Below, piece after piece: positions 50,011 to 56,916 of a stretch of 64,000 bases of DNA (the first letter of the stretch is position 1; every line of letters starts with the position of its first letter). The notes below the pieces were generated by a model that was not told the DNA's origin, did no database searches, and was given only the letters and a program-made list of their open reading frames with translations. A program made the translations under genes and the position numbers. This DNA comes from Candidatus Doudnabacteria bacterium (GTDB lineage Bacteria > Patescibacteriota > Doudnabacteria > UBA920), in the NCBI GenBank assembly GCA_020850635.1, contig JADZEH010000024.1, positions 8,617 through 72,616 of the forward strand, given 5' to 3'.

Positions 50011-50934
50011 TTAGTAGAAATCAGTGTCTGGCCTGTCTAGACTTGAGCCTCCAACTGAGGGCAAATCTTCTAAAATTAAATTATTACCATTTAAAGAATT
50101 GGTTTCAGCAAACACTTCAACTCGAGCCACTTCGGACTCATACAAACCTGGCCATCGTTGAACGTAAGCTCGTCTTTCGCTCGAACGAACACTAAACTCA
50201 CTGCGTTCACTTATTCCTATAATCTCACCGCTGGCATCATACAACACAAAAGTGATACGAACTGTACCCAAACGATACGGACTTTCGTTGACAATAACTC
50301 CCTCCGCAACAAATTGGAGCGGATTTACTTCTTCGTATGTGGTTGGGGCAGGGGTCCGAATAACGATTTTAGGGATTGCAGCTTTCTTTTGCCAATTTAC
50401 TTGAGACAGAACAACTTTTGCCGAAGTTATCACTTCAGTTGAAACAACGTTTGAAACAACAATGTACTTTTCTTGATCGGGCAACAAAAACAAACCACCC
50501 TGCTGAGTTTTAACGACATCACCACTGTTATTAAAGAACGTGAATTCGTAACGCGCATCTTGCAAAGCTAAATCCAAATTTCTATTTTTGATTTTGGTAT
50601 AAACCGAGTATAGGTTATCACCACTGCGAATAACTTTAGCAGTCCCAACTTCAACATCTTGACTTGATTGGAATGCGGGCGCAGCCACAACTCTTAAATC
50701 TTTGTACTGCCAGTTCCAAAATGCGAAAGACCCATACTTCGCAATAAAAAATGCGGGGATCATGGCCACCAGACAGACAATTAAAACCAATCGCTTACCT
50801 CTTGGAAGTTCTTGAAAACTTCGCAAAACCACGAGAATGATTTCTTGAATTTTTAGCCACAGATCTTGAAGCATTTTAAAGTTTTTTCGAGTTTTTGTTT
50901 TAACTTTAGGTTCTATTAATAGTATAACAAACAA
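50011..50934 (-). CDS. Hypothetical single-pass membrane protein upstream of the SEDS gene
   Basis: 307-aa ORF with one TM helix near the N-terminus. Probable start at the internal MLQDLWLK. No recognised domain. Confidence 0.45.
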   Translation of the reverse strand: MFVILLIEPKVKTKTRKNFKMLQDLWLKIQEIILVVLRSFQELPRGKRLVLIVCLVAMIPAFFIAKYGSFAFWNWQYKDLRVVAAPAFQSSQDVEVGTAKVIRSGDNLYSVYTKIKNRNLDLALQDARYEFTFFNNSGDVVKTQQGGLFLLPDQEKYIVVSNVVSTEVITSAKVVLSQVNWQKKAAIPKIVIRTPAPTTYEEVNPLQFVAEGVIVNESPYRLGTVRITFVLYDASGEIIGISERSEFSVRSSERRAYVQRWPGLYESEVARVEVFAETNSLNGNNLILEDLPSVGGSSLDRPDTDFY

Positions 50935-51001
50935 GTGCGATTTTTGATATACTATAATGGTTATATCTCTCCATTGTGCGCACGCAATTTTACTATAAAA
51001 A

Positions 51002-54000
51002 ATGACTTTTACCCACCTCCATTGCCATACGCACTACTCCCTCCTCGACGGATTATCTAAAATTGGTCCGTTAGTTGATGAAGCCAAAAAGCTGGGAATG
51101 ACTAGCTTGGCTATGACCGATCATGGAGTGATGTATGGAGCTATTGAGTTTTACAACACCTGTCTTGAAGCTGGCATCAAACCAATTATCGGGATGGAAA
51201 GTTACGTCGCCCCTCGAACTAGATTTGATAAAGAAGGAAAAACCGACGCCGACTATTTTCACATCACCTTACTAGCCAAAAACGATACTGGCTACAAAAA
51301 TTTAATCCAACTTACTACCAAAGCCCATACTGAAGGGTTTTACTATAAACCCCGAGTCGACAAAGAACTACTAACACTTCATGCTGAAGGGTTAATCGCG
51401 CTGTCGGGATGCCAACGTGGGGAAGTTGCTCGAGCTGTAATGGAAAGTGAAACCAAAGGCAAAGAAATACTTGAGCTCTATATTAAGATTTTTGGGACAA
51501 ACAACTTCTTTATAGAAATTCAACGAAACGCTGAAGATCCCAACGACCAAAAACGCGAAACCGAACTCAATCGTCGCCTAATGGCTCTTGCAAAAGAGTA
51601 CAAGCTCTCACTGGTAGCCACAGGTGACTGTCATTATATTCACCCTGAAGACAAAGAAGCTCAAGATGTTTTGGTATGTATTGGCACTGGTCGAACTGTG
51701 CAAGACGAAAATCGCTTAGACATGCGCAGTCATGGTTTATGGCTGAGATCGAGCGTGGAAATGGCCGAACTGTTTAAAGATGTTCCGGAAGCAATAACCA
51801 ACACCCAAAAAGTCGCGGACCTCTGTCAGCTCGATATTCCGATTAATCAAAGATATTTCGCCAACGTTAAACTTCCGTCGAACACTAATGCAGAAGAGTT
51901 TCTCACCGTTGAAGTCGAAACTCAAGTTCATAAAATGTACGCTGACAAAAACGGCGTACTCCCCGATGAAATTCGTGAACGTGTTGATTACGAATTAGGA
52001 ATTATCAAACCCAAAGGTTTTGCCCCATATTTTATTATGGTGGCAGATATTGTAAAAGGGGCACACTCAATTGGTGCGATTACTAACACTCGTGGTTCAG
52101 CTGCGGGTAGTATTGTCGGACATGTTTTAGGGATCAGCGCAATTGACCCAATCTATTATCAGTTGCCTTTTGAACGTTTTTTAACGGCCTCTCGTCCAAC
52201 CCCACCTGATGTTGATTTGGACATTTCCGATACACGTCGTGATGAAACTATTGAATGGATTACGGAACAGTATGGGCGTGATAAAGTCGCGCAGATTATT
52301 ACTTTTGGAACAATGATGGCGCGCGCCGCCGTCCGCGATGTCGGTCGGGCTCTAGCCGTCCCTTATGGTAAATGTGATCGCATCGCCAAGATGATCCCTA
52401 TTGGTAAACAAGGTTTTCAAATGACGCTGAGCAAGGCTTTAGAAATGAACCCTGAGCTCAAGCAGGTCTACAACACCGATGCCGAAACCAAAAAAGTTGT
52501 CGACGTCGCCCGAAAACTAGAAGGTGGCGCACGCCACGCTTCCATTCACGCCGCGGCTCTAGCCATCACCCCAACTCCCCTCACCGACTATACCCCACTT
52601 CAAAAAGAACCTGATGGCGAACGCATGATTACGCAATACGACATGTACTCTCTTGATGTTGGTGCCGACAGTCACGCTATTGGTGTAATCAAAATGGACT
52701 TACTCGGAATACGCAACTTGAGTATTTTGGAAGAAGCCTTGAAGTTAGTGAAAGACAGGCACGGTGTTACGATTGATATTAACAAGCTTCCTCAACCCGA
52801 TCCCAAAACCATGAAACTCTTGTCCGATGGTCACACCTTTGGCGTGTTTCAACTTGGCTCATCGGGTATGACTCGTTATCTCAAAGAGCTAAAGCCACAA
52901 AACATTTTTGATATCATGGCCATGATCGCTCTGTATCGTCCGGGGCCAATGGGAATTATTCCAGAATATATTTCGCGCAGGCATAATCCACGAGCCATTC
53001 AATTTTTTGATCCGCGGATGAAAGATTACCTCGAACGCTCTTTGGGACTATTGGTCTACCAAGAAGATGTTTTACTCACAGCAATTAACATCGCTGGCTA
53101 CTCATGGGAAGAAGCGGACAAACTCCGCAAAGCTATGGGTAAAAAAATCCCTGAAGAAATGACTAAGCAAAAAGTGAAGTTCACCGAAGGCTGTGTTAAC
53201 GGTGGGATGCGCCCCGATCGTGCTGAGGAGTTGTTTAAACTCATCGAACCGTTTGCCGCGTATGGGTTTGGTAAAGCCCATGCCGCCAGTTACGCCCAAG
53301 TCTCCTATCAAACCGCCTATATGAAAGCCAATTATCCCGTGGAGTTCATGGCTGCGGTTATGACCGCCGAAAGCGGTAACGAAGACAAGATCTACGCTGC
53401 AGTAGAAGAATGTAAAGCTCTGGGTATAAAAGTTTTACCGCCAGATGTGAACGAATCACAAGGCGACTTTACCGTGGTTGATGATCATACAATTCGTTTT
53501 GGCATGAACGCCATCAAAAATTTAGGAACAGACGTTGTCGCTAAGATTATCGAATGCAACGAGGGCGGTAAAAAACATTTCGAATCAATAGAAGACTTTT
53601 TAGTGCGCTGTCATGCCAAAAACTTTAACAAGCGTTCATGGGAAGCCTTAGTTAAAGCTGGGGCGTTAGACAAGTTCGACGAACGAGGTAAACTCCTCGC
53701 CAACACCGATTACGTTTTAGATTTTGTGCGTGACCATTTTAAATCTGAGAACTCTGGACAAAATTCCCTGTTTGGCGCATCGCTGAAAATTGGCAAACTT
53801 CGCTTACAAGATGCACCACCGGCTACTCAAGAAGAGATGTTGTTATGGGAAAAGGAACATCTTAATTTTTATATCTCCGCGCACCCACTCGATAACTACA
53901 AATCTGTACTCAAAACTTTCCCCACCATCCGCGAAGTTCAAGCGCTGGAAGGAGAACAACTTGTGACTATCGGTGGAATTATTTCCAAAATGAAACGAAC

Positions 54001-54466
54001 TTTAACCAAGAAGAATGAGCCGATGGCGTTCTTCACTTTAGAAGACTCGACTGGATCACTCGAAGTACTAGTCTTTCCTAAAGTTATGCCAATCGCTTTA
54101 CCGTTCTTAGAACTGGATAAAATTGTTCAAGTTACGGGACGACTGTCAGACAAAGACGGCGAAGCCAAAGTTATCGCCAATGAACTCCAACAAATGCCCA
54201 ACGATGAACTTTATTTCATGGCATTATCTGAAATGGAAAAAAATAAGCAAGTTGTGATTCACATGATCAACGCCAATAACCCTGAAGTCTTAAACAAAAT
54301 CAAAGATGTGATTGTGATGTATCCTGGTAATGCCCAAGTTTATCTTAGTGTAGGAAACGGCAACAACTCCAAGAAGATCAAGACAAAATCACAGGTTCGC
54401 ATTAGCCTCGACCTTATCACTGCGCTCAAAGAAATTCCAGAAATAACCATGGTTAGCCAAAACTAG
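51002..54466 (+). CDS. dnaE: DNA polymerase III alpha subunit (DnaE-type)
   Basis: 1154 aa. PHP domain HLHCHTHYSLLDG at the N-terminus, polymerase core, OB fold. Confidence 0.97.
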   Translation: MTFTHLHCHTHYSLLDGLSKIGPLVDEAKKLGMTSLAMTDHGVMYGAIEFYNTCLEAGIKPIIGMESYVAPRTRFDKEGKTDADYFHITLLAKNDTGYKNLIQLTTKAHTEGFYYKPRVDKELLTLHAEGLIALSGCQRGEVARAVMESETKGKEILELYIKIFGTNNFFIEIQRNAEDPNDQKRETELNRRLMALAKEYKLSLVATGDCHYIHPEDKEAQDVLVCIGTGRTVQDENRLDMRSHGLWLRSSVEMAELFKDVPEAITNTQKVADLCQLDIPINQRYFANVKLPSNTNAEEFLTVEVETQVHKMYADKNGVLPDEIRERVDYELGIIKPKGFAPYFIMVADIVKGAHSIGAITNTRGSAAGSIVGHVLGISAIDPIYYQLPFERFLTASRPTPPDVDLDISDTRRDETIEWITEQYGRDKVAQIITFGTMMARAAVRDVGRALAVPYGKCDRIAKMIPIGKQGFQMTLSKALEMNPELKQVYNTDAETKKVVDVARKLEGGARHASIHAAALAITPTPLTDYTPLQKEPDGERMITQYDMYSLDVGADSHAIGVIKMDLLGIRNLSILEEALKLVKDRHGVTIDINKLPQPDPKTMKLLSDGHTFGVFQLGSSGMTRYLKELKPQNIFDIMAMIALYRPGPMGIIPEYISRRHNPRAIQFFDPRMKDYLERSLGLLVYQEDVLLTAINIAGYSWEEADKLRKAMGKKIPEEMTKQKVKFTEGCVNGGMRPDRAEELFKLIEPFAAYGFGKAHAASYAQVSYQTAYMKANYPVEFMAAVMTAESGNEDKIYAAVEECKALGIKVLPPDVNESQGDFTVVDDHTIRFGMNAIKNLGTDVVAKIIECNEGGKKHFESIEDFLVRCHAKNFNKRSWEALVKAGALDKFDERGKLLANTDYVLDFVRDHFKSENSGQNSLFGASLKIGKLRLQDAPPATQEEMLLWEKEHLNFYISAHPLDNYKSVLKTFPTIREVQALEGEQLVTIGGIISKMKRTLTKKNEPMAFFTLEDSTGSLEVLVFPKVMPIALPFLELDKIVQVTGRLSDKDGEAKVIANELQQMPNDELYFMALSEMEKNKQVVIHMINANNPEVLNKIKDVIVMYPGNAQVYLSVGNGNNSKKIKTKSQVRISLDLITALKEIPEITMVSQN

Positions 54467-54487
54467 AGCTTGTGGTATACTGAAGGC

Positions 54488-54742
54488 AATTTGCACTAAA
54501 GAGAATTGGCTTTCCCCTGGTCCAGCTAGTTACCCTCGCCTTTAGGAACATGTTTGAGACAATCGGCCCCACATACTGGAGAGTAGTTACTCCAGACATT
54601 CCCCACCTAAGAGCCAATTCTCACAATCGGTCAGTAGTGAATACCAGTCCAACAAGGAGGACTATCAAGCGCCTAGGCGCTTACCCCAAGTAGCACACCC
54701 AGTCACAGCGTTCCCGCGCAATGGTGTTGCTTGGGTTTTTTT
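54488..54742 (+). ncRNA. Candidate structured small RNA (~255 nt) with extended -10 promoter and intrinsic terminator; family unknown
   Basis: TGgTATACT extended -10 at 54473-54481. No ORF of 60 aa or more on this strand. Long-range stem GAGAAUUGGCU (54502-54512) pairs with AGCCAAUUCUC (54610-54620). Internal hairpins (cuggag/cuccag; GCGCCUAGGCGC). Terminal stem cccaag/cttggg followed by T7. Confidence 0.35.
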
Positions 54743-54744
54743 AT

Positions 54745-54773
54745 TTGACAAAAAGGGGTAATAGTCCTAGAAT
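54745..54773 (+). promoter_or_regulatory. Consensus-like sigma70 promoter TTGACA-17-TAGAAT
   Basis: -35 at 54745-54750, -10 at 54768-54773. GGAGAAAG Shine-Dalgarno before the ATG at 54855. Confidence 0.45.
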
Positions 54774-54854
54774 GAGCAAAGTTTCAACTAGAAGCACGGC
54801 TCATACAGCGTGTTTATCACCCAACGCCCAGCCGAAGCGAATTGGAGAAAGCTC

Positions 54855-55346
54855 ATGAAGAGTCTCCTTTCGATGCTGTCCGTTGCAATCGTCTTCGCTT
54901 TCGTGTCACCTCTGGTGGCCGACCTCGAGGCGAAAGCGAGTTCGACCAACAAATCGCCGCCGAGCATTACCATCACGGGTCAGCGCATCCATTACGGATC
55001 TGACGATGTGAACACGATGCCGATGGCCGACCAAACGCCGCTCGAGACGATCACCACGTCCGCCAGCATGGACAAGGTTTTCGCTCCACCGGCGATCAAC
55101 AGTTCGAAGATGACCGGGTCCACCGACGGGAAATCGGTGAACGATCCGGCCGCCACGCTCGCGGGAACCGACCCGTACATTGTTCTGTACATCAACGTCG
55201 CCATTCAACGGACGATGATACCGGCAATGGCAGGATGCAACGAGGCGATTTTGCGCGCACCCCGCAAGTCGGCACGTTCGGGTCCCGAGATCCAACGAGC
55301 CTGGCGCCCGTTCGCCGGCCTCGATCTCAACTCCTCGAAGCCCTGA
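54855..55346 (+). CDS. Small secreted hypothetical protein, high GC (~58%)
   Basis: ATG at 54855 (the ORF track opens at 54810). Signal peptide MKSLLSMLSVAIVFAFVSPLVADLEAKA. 163 aa. The antisense ORFs here are high-GC artefacts. Confidence 0.5.
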   Translation: MKSLLSMLSVAIVFAFVSPLVADLEAKASSTNKSPPSITITGQRIHYGSDDVNTMPMADQTPLETITTSASMDKVFAPPAINSSKMTGSTDGKSVNDPAATLAGTDPYIVLYINVAIQRTMIPAMAGCNEAILRAPRKSARSGPEIQRAWRPFAGLDLNSSKP

Positions 55347-55393
55347 AACTTGTTCGCAAAAGCGAACACTCACGACCTCCTCACGGAGGGACC

Positions 55394-55433
55394 CCGCTCT
55401 CGACATCTACGGATGTCGGAGCGGTCTTTTTTT
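55394..55433 (+). terminator. Intrinsic terminator (ccgctc-t-cgacatc / gatgtcggagcgg, T7)
   Basis: About 13-bp stem with one bulge and a tetraloop, followed by seven Ts. Confidence 0.65.
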
Positions 55434-55442
55434 ATTTAAAGA

Positions 55443-55471
55443 TTGACATTTAGCATTATTTTCTGTAGATT
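55443..55471 (+). promoter_or_regulatory. Sigma70-like promoter TTGACA-17-TAGATT
   Basis: -35 at 55443-55448 (the ORF-track TTG start is this box), -10 at 55466-55471. AAGGAGGA Shine-Dalgarno at 55482-55489. Confidence 0.45.
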
Positions 55472-55496
55472 GATATATCGCAAGGAGGAACGCGAC

Positions 55497-56012
55497 ATGA
55501 ACTCACTCCGCCATGTTTTGCTTTATGCAATTGTCATCCTGTTCATCTCGGTTATTGCCGCTATCCTGTACTGGCTATTCGGCATTCAACCGATCAACAC
55601 AGTCTACGGAACTATTGTAGTTTTCGTAGTTTGTTTTCTCTGGCTCTCTTGGGAAAATTTTGTGATTTCACCAAGAAGAATTCAAATAATCCTGCAAATC
55701 TTAGCCATGGATGGCGGAGAAATGACAACCTTAGAAATCATCGAGCAGGGCAAGGGCGAACTAAGCAGGGCTGCTATCCACTCCGAGTTAAATTACCTGA
55801 TTGAGAAAGATCTTGTGAGTAAACGTATCGAGGAACGAACCACACCATATATTCCGCTCAGCTACTTCAAGATCACACCCAACGGAAGACGAGAACAACA
55901 CGCCAAGATTACTTCGAAGTTGAGACTTAGCTGGCAACGTACGTGGAGCCAGTCCGGACAGACAATGTCCGGTCTTTTTTTATCCTCAAGATTTTTGACA
56001 CAAACAGTTTGA
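55497..56012 (+). CDS. Membrane-anchored winged-helix (PadR/MarR-like) protein
   Basis: ATG at 55497. Two N-terminal TM helices, then ILQILAMDGGEMTTLEIIE...SELNYLIEKDLVSKRIEE...YFKITPNGRRE resembling PadR-type wHTH. An intrinsic terminator lies inside the last ~20 codons. Confidence 0.5.
   Translation: MNSLRHVLLYAIVILFISVIAAILYWLFGIQPINTVYGTIVVFVVCFLWLSWENFVISPRRIQIILQILAMDGGEMTTLEIIEQGKGELSRAAIHSELNYLIEKDLVSKRIEERTTPYIPLSYFKITPNGRREQHAKITSKLRLSWQRTWSQSGQTMSGLFLSSRFLTQTV
55954..55981 (+). terminator. Intrinsic terminator (ccggaca/tgtccgg, T7) embedded in the 3-prime end of the wHTH ORF
   Basis: 7-bp stem, 5-nt loop, TTTTTTT. Confidence 0.6.
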
Positions 56013-56023
56013 GCATCTATAAT
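55995..56023 (+). promoter_or_regulatory. Perfect consensus sigma70 promoter TTGACA-17-TATAAT
   Basis: -35 at 55995-56000, -10 at 56018-56023. Overlaps the stop codon (56010-56012) of the upstream ORF. Confidence 0.5.
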
Positions 56024-56029
56024 GGTCGC

Positions 56030-56378
56030 GGTTGTGAACTCGGAAGACAAGCACGTCCGGGCACTTACAATCATGCATTAAAGGAACCGATGCAAGGGAA
56101 TCAGAACTGGCTGAATACGCTTTCACCGCTTCAGCAATTTCTGGTCCGAGTTGCCCCTTACGTTGGGAAGTTCCACACTTTAAAAATCCCAAGATGCACC
56201 CACCCAAATCGGTAGAGCCGTGATGGGCAATGACCACCGGTTTTCCCTAGGAAGATAAGGTAGCTCTAAATCAGCGCCAATCGTGACCATGAAACTTTTG
56301 ACCTAGGCACAACAACAAGGAGAATACGAGACAGAAAACCCACCGTTCAGATTCAGAGCTTCTGAACGGTCTTTTTTA
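56030..56378 (+). ncRNA. About 350-nt transcription unit: either a non-coding RNA or mRNA for a 41-aa peptide (MQGNQNWLNTLSPLQQFLVRVAPYVGKFHTLKIPRCTHPNR, 56090-56215) with a 125-nt 3-prime UTR
   Basis: Defined by the perfect promoter upstream and the 10-bp-stem terminator at 56342-56377. Only a weak SD (AAAGGA) before the ATG at 56090. Confidence 0.3.
56342..56377 (+). terminator. Intrinsic terminator (accgttcaga/tctgaacggt, T6)
   Basis: Perfect 10-bp stem, 9-nt loop, TTTTTT. Confidence 0.7.
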
Positions 56379-56385
56379 TCCCCGG

Positions 56386-56414
56386 TTGATTTTCAAAAGC
56401 TTATTTACTATACT
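56386..56414 (+). promoter_or_regulatory. Sigma70-like promoter TTGATT-17-TATACT
   Basis: -35 at 56386-56391, -10 at 56409-56414. Confidence 0.4.
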
Positions 56415-56420
56415 ATTAAT

Positions 56421-56578
56421 AGATTCTGCAAGCGCTGATCCGACTACCACTCGGGAAGTTTGCCCAAATTAAATACAAAAGGTCGCACCATAAGATGCGA
56501 CGAACTGGGACGGAAACGTCTATAAAAAGACCCCAGCATATTGTTCTGAACAAGTTCAGAGCAGCATGCTGGGTTTTT
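56421..56578 (+). ncRNA. Candidate small RNA (~158 nt) between promoter and bidirectional terminator
   Basis: No ORF. Internal hairpin gucgca/ugcgac. Ends in a compound hairpin cccagcat...atgctggg followed by T5. Confidence 0.3.
56532..56578. terminator. Bidirectional compound hairpin terminator (cccagcat...ctgaac/gttcag...atgctggg)
   Basis: 8-bp outer stem plus 6-bp inner stem. T-run on plus and on minus (ctttttat). Confidence 0.55.
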
Positions 56579-56584
56579 GAGAGA

Positions 56585-56854
56585 TCATTTGCACAAAAAG
56601 TAAATGAAGAGGATGGCAACTGAGGCTATGAGAATCAACAGGTTTTCTTTTTGGAAGAGCCACCGGAATGCCCCAAGGCTCATAACGCCAAAGCCAGTAA
56701 GCAAATAAACGCCACCTTCGTGTAACTCGCGATTGAAATCGCAAATCACTCTTCCTTCTGGAAGTAGTCCATACCCATGTATGGCAATACAACATCCGAT
56801 AAGAAAAAGTGAGACGAACACAACTTTCTTTGCACAGATCCACACAAACTTCAT
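56585..56854 (-). CDS. Small hypothetical membrane protein (2 TM), divergent from thrS
   Basis: 89 aa, MKFVWICAKKVVFVSLFLIGCCIAIHGYGLL... GGGGGA SD 6 nt upstream. The larger overlapping ORF (56556-56888) is in another frame. Confidence 0.4.
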   Translation of the reverse strand: MKFVWICAKKVVFVSLFLIGCCIAIHGYGLLPEGRVICDFNRELHEGGVYLLTGFGVMSLGAFRWLFQKENLLILIASVAILFIYFLCK

Positions 56855-56916
56855 GACAAATCCCCCTTTGTCGAAAGTCTATAAGCATATCATTACGAAA
56901 TTAAATTAGCAAAATT

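Noticed and set aside
54906-55406. 166-aa minus-strand ORF (and 55235-55453 plus ORF) inside the high-GC island
   Set aside because: Antisense/alternate-frame ORFs arise readily in GC-rich DNA. The plus-strand 54855-55346 frame has a promoter, SD, signal peptide and terminator, so these are treated as artefacts.
54488-56578. Identity of the three RNA units as tmRNA, SRP RNA or 6S RNA
   Set aside because: None contains a tRNA-like T-arm (GGUUCGANUCC) with a CCA end. None has an SRP domain IV motif (GGAA/AGCAGC symmetric loop). None shows clear 5-prime/3-prime closing-stem pairing typical of 6S. Left as unclassified.
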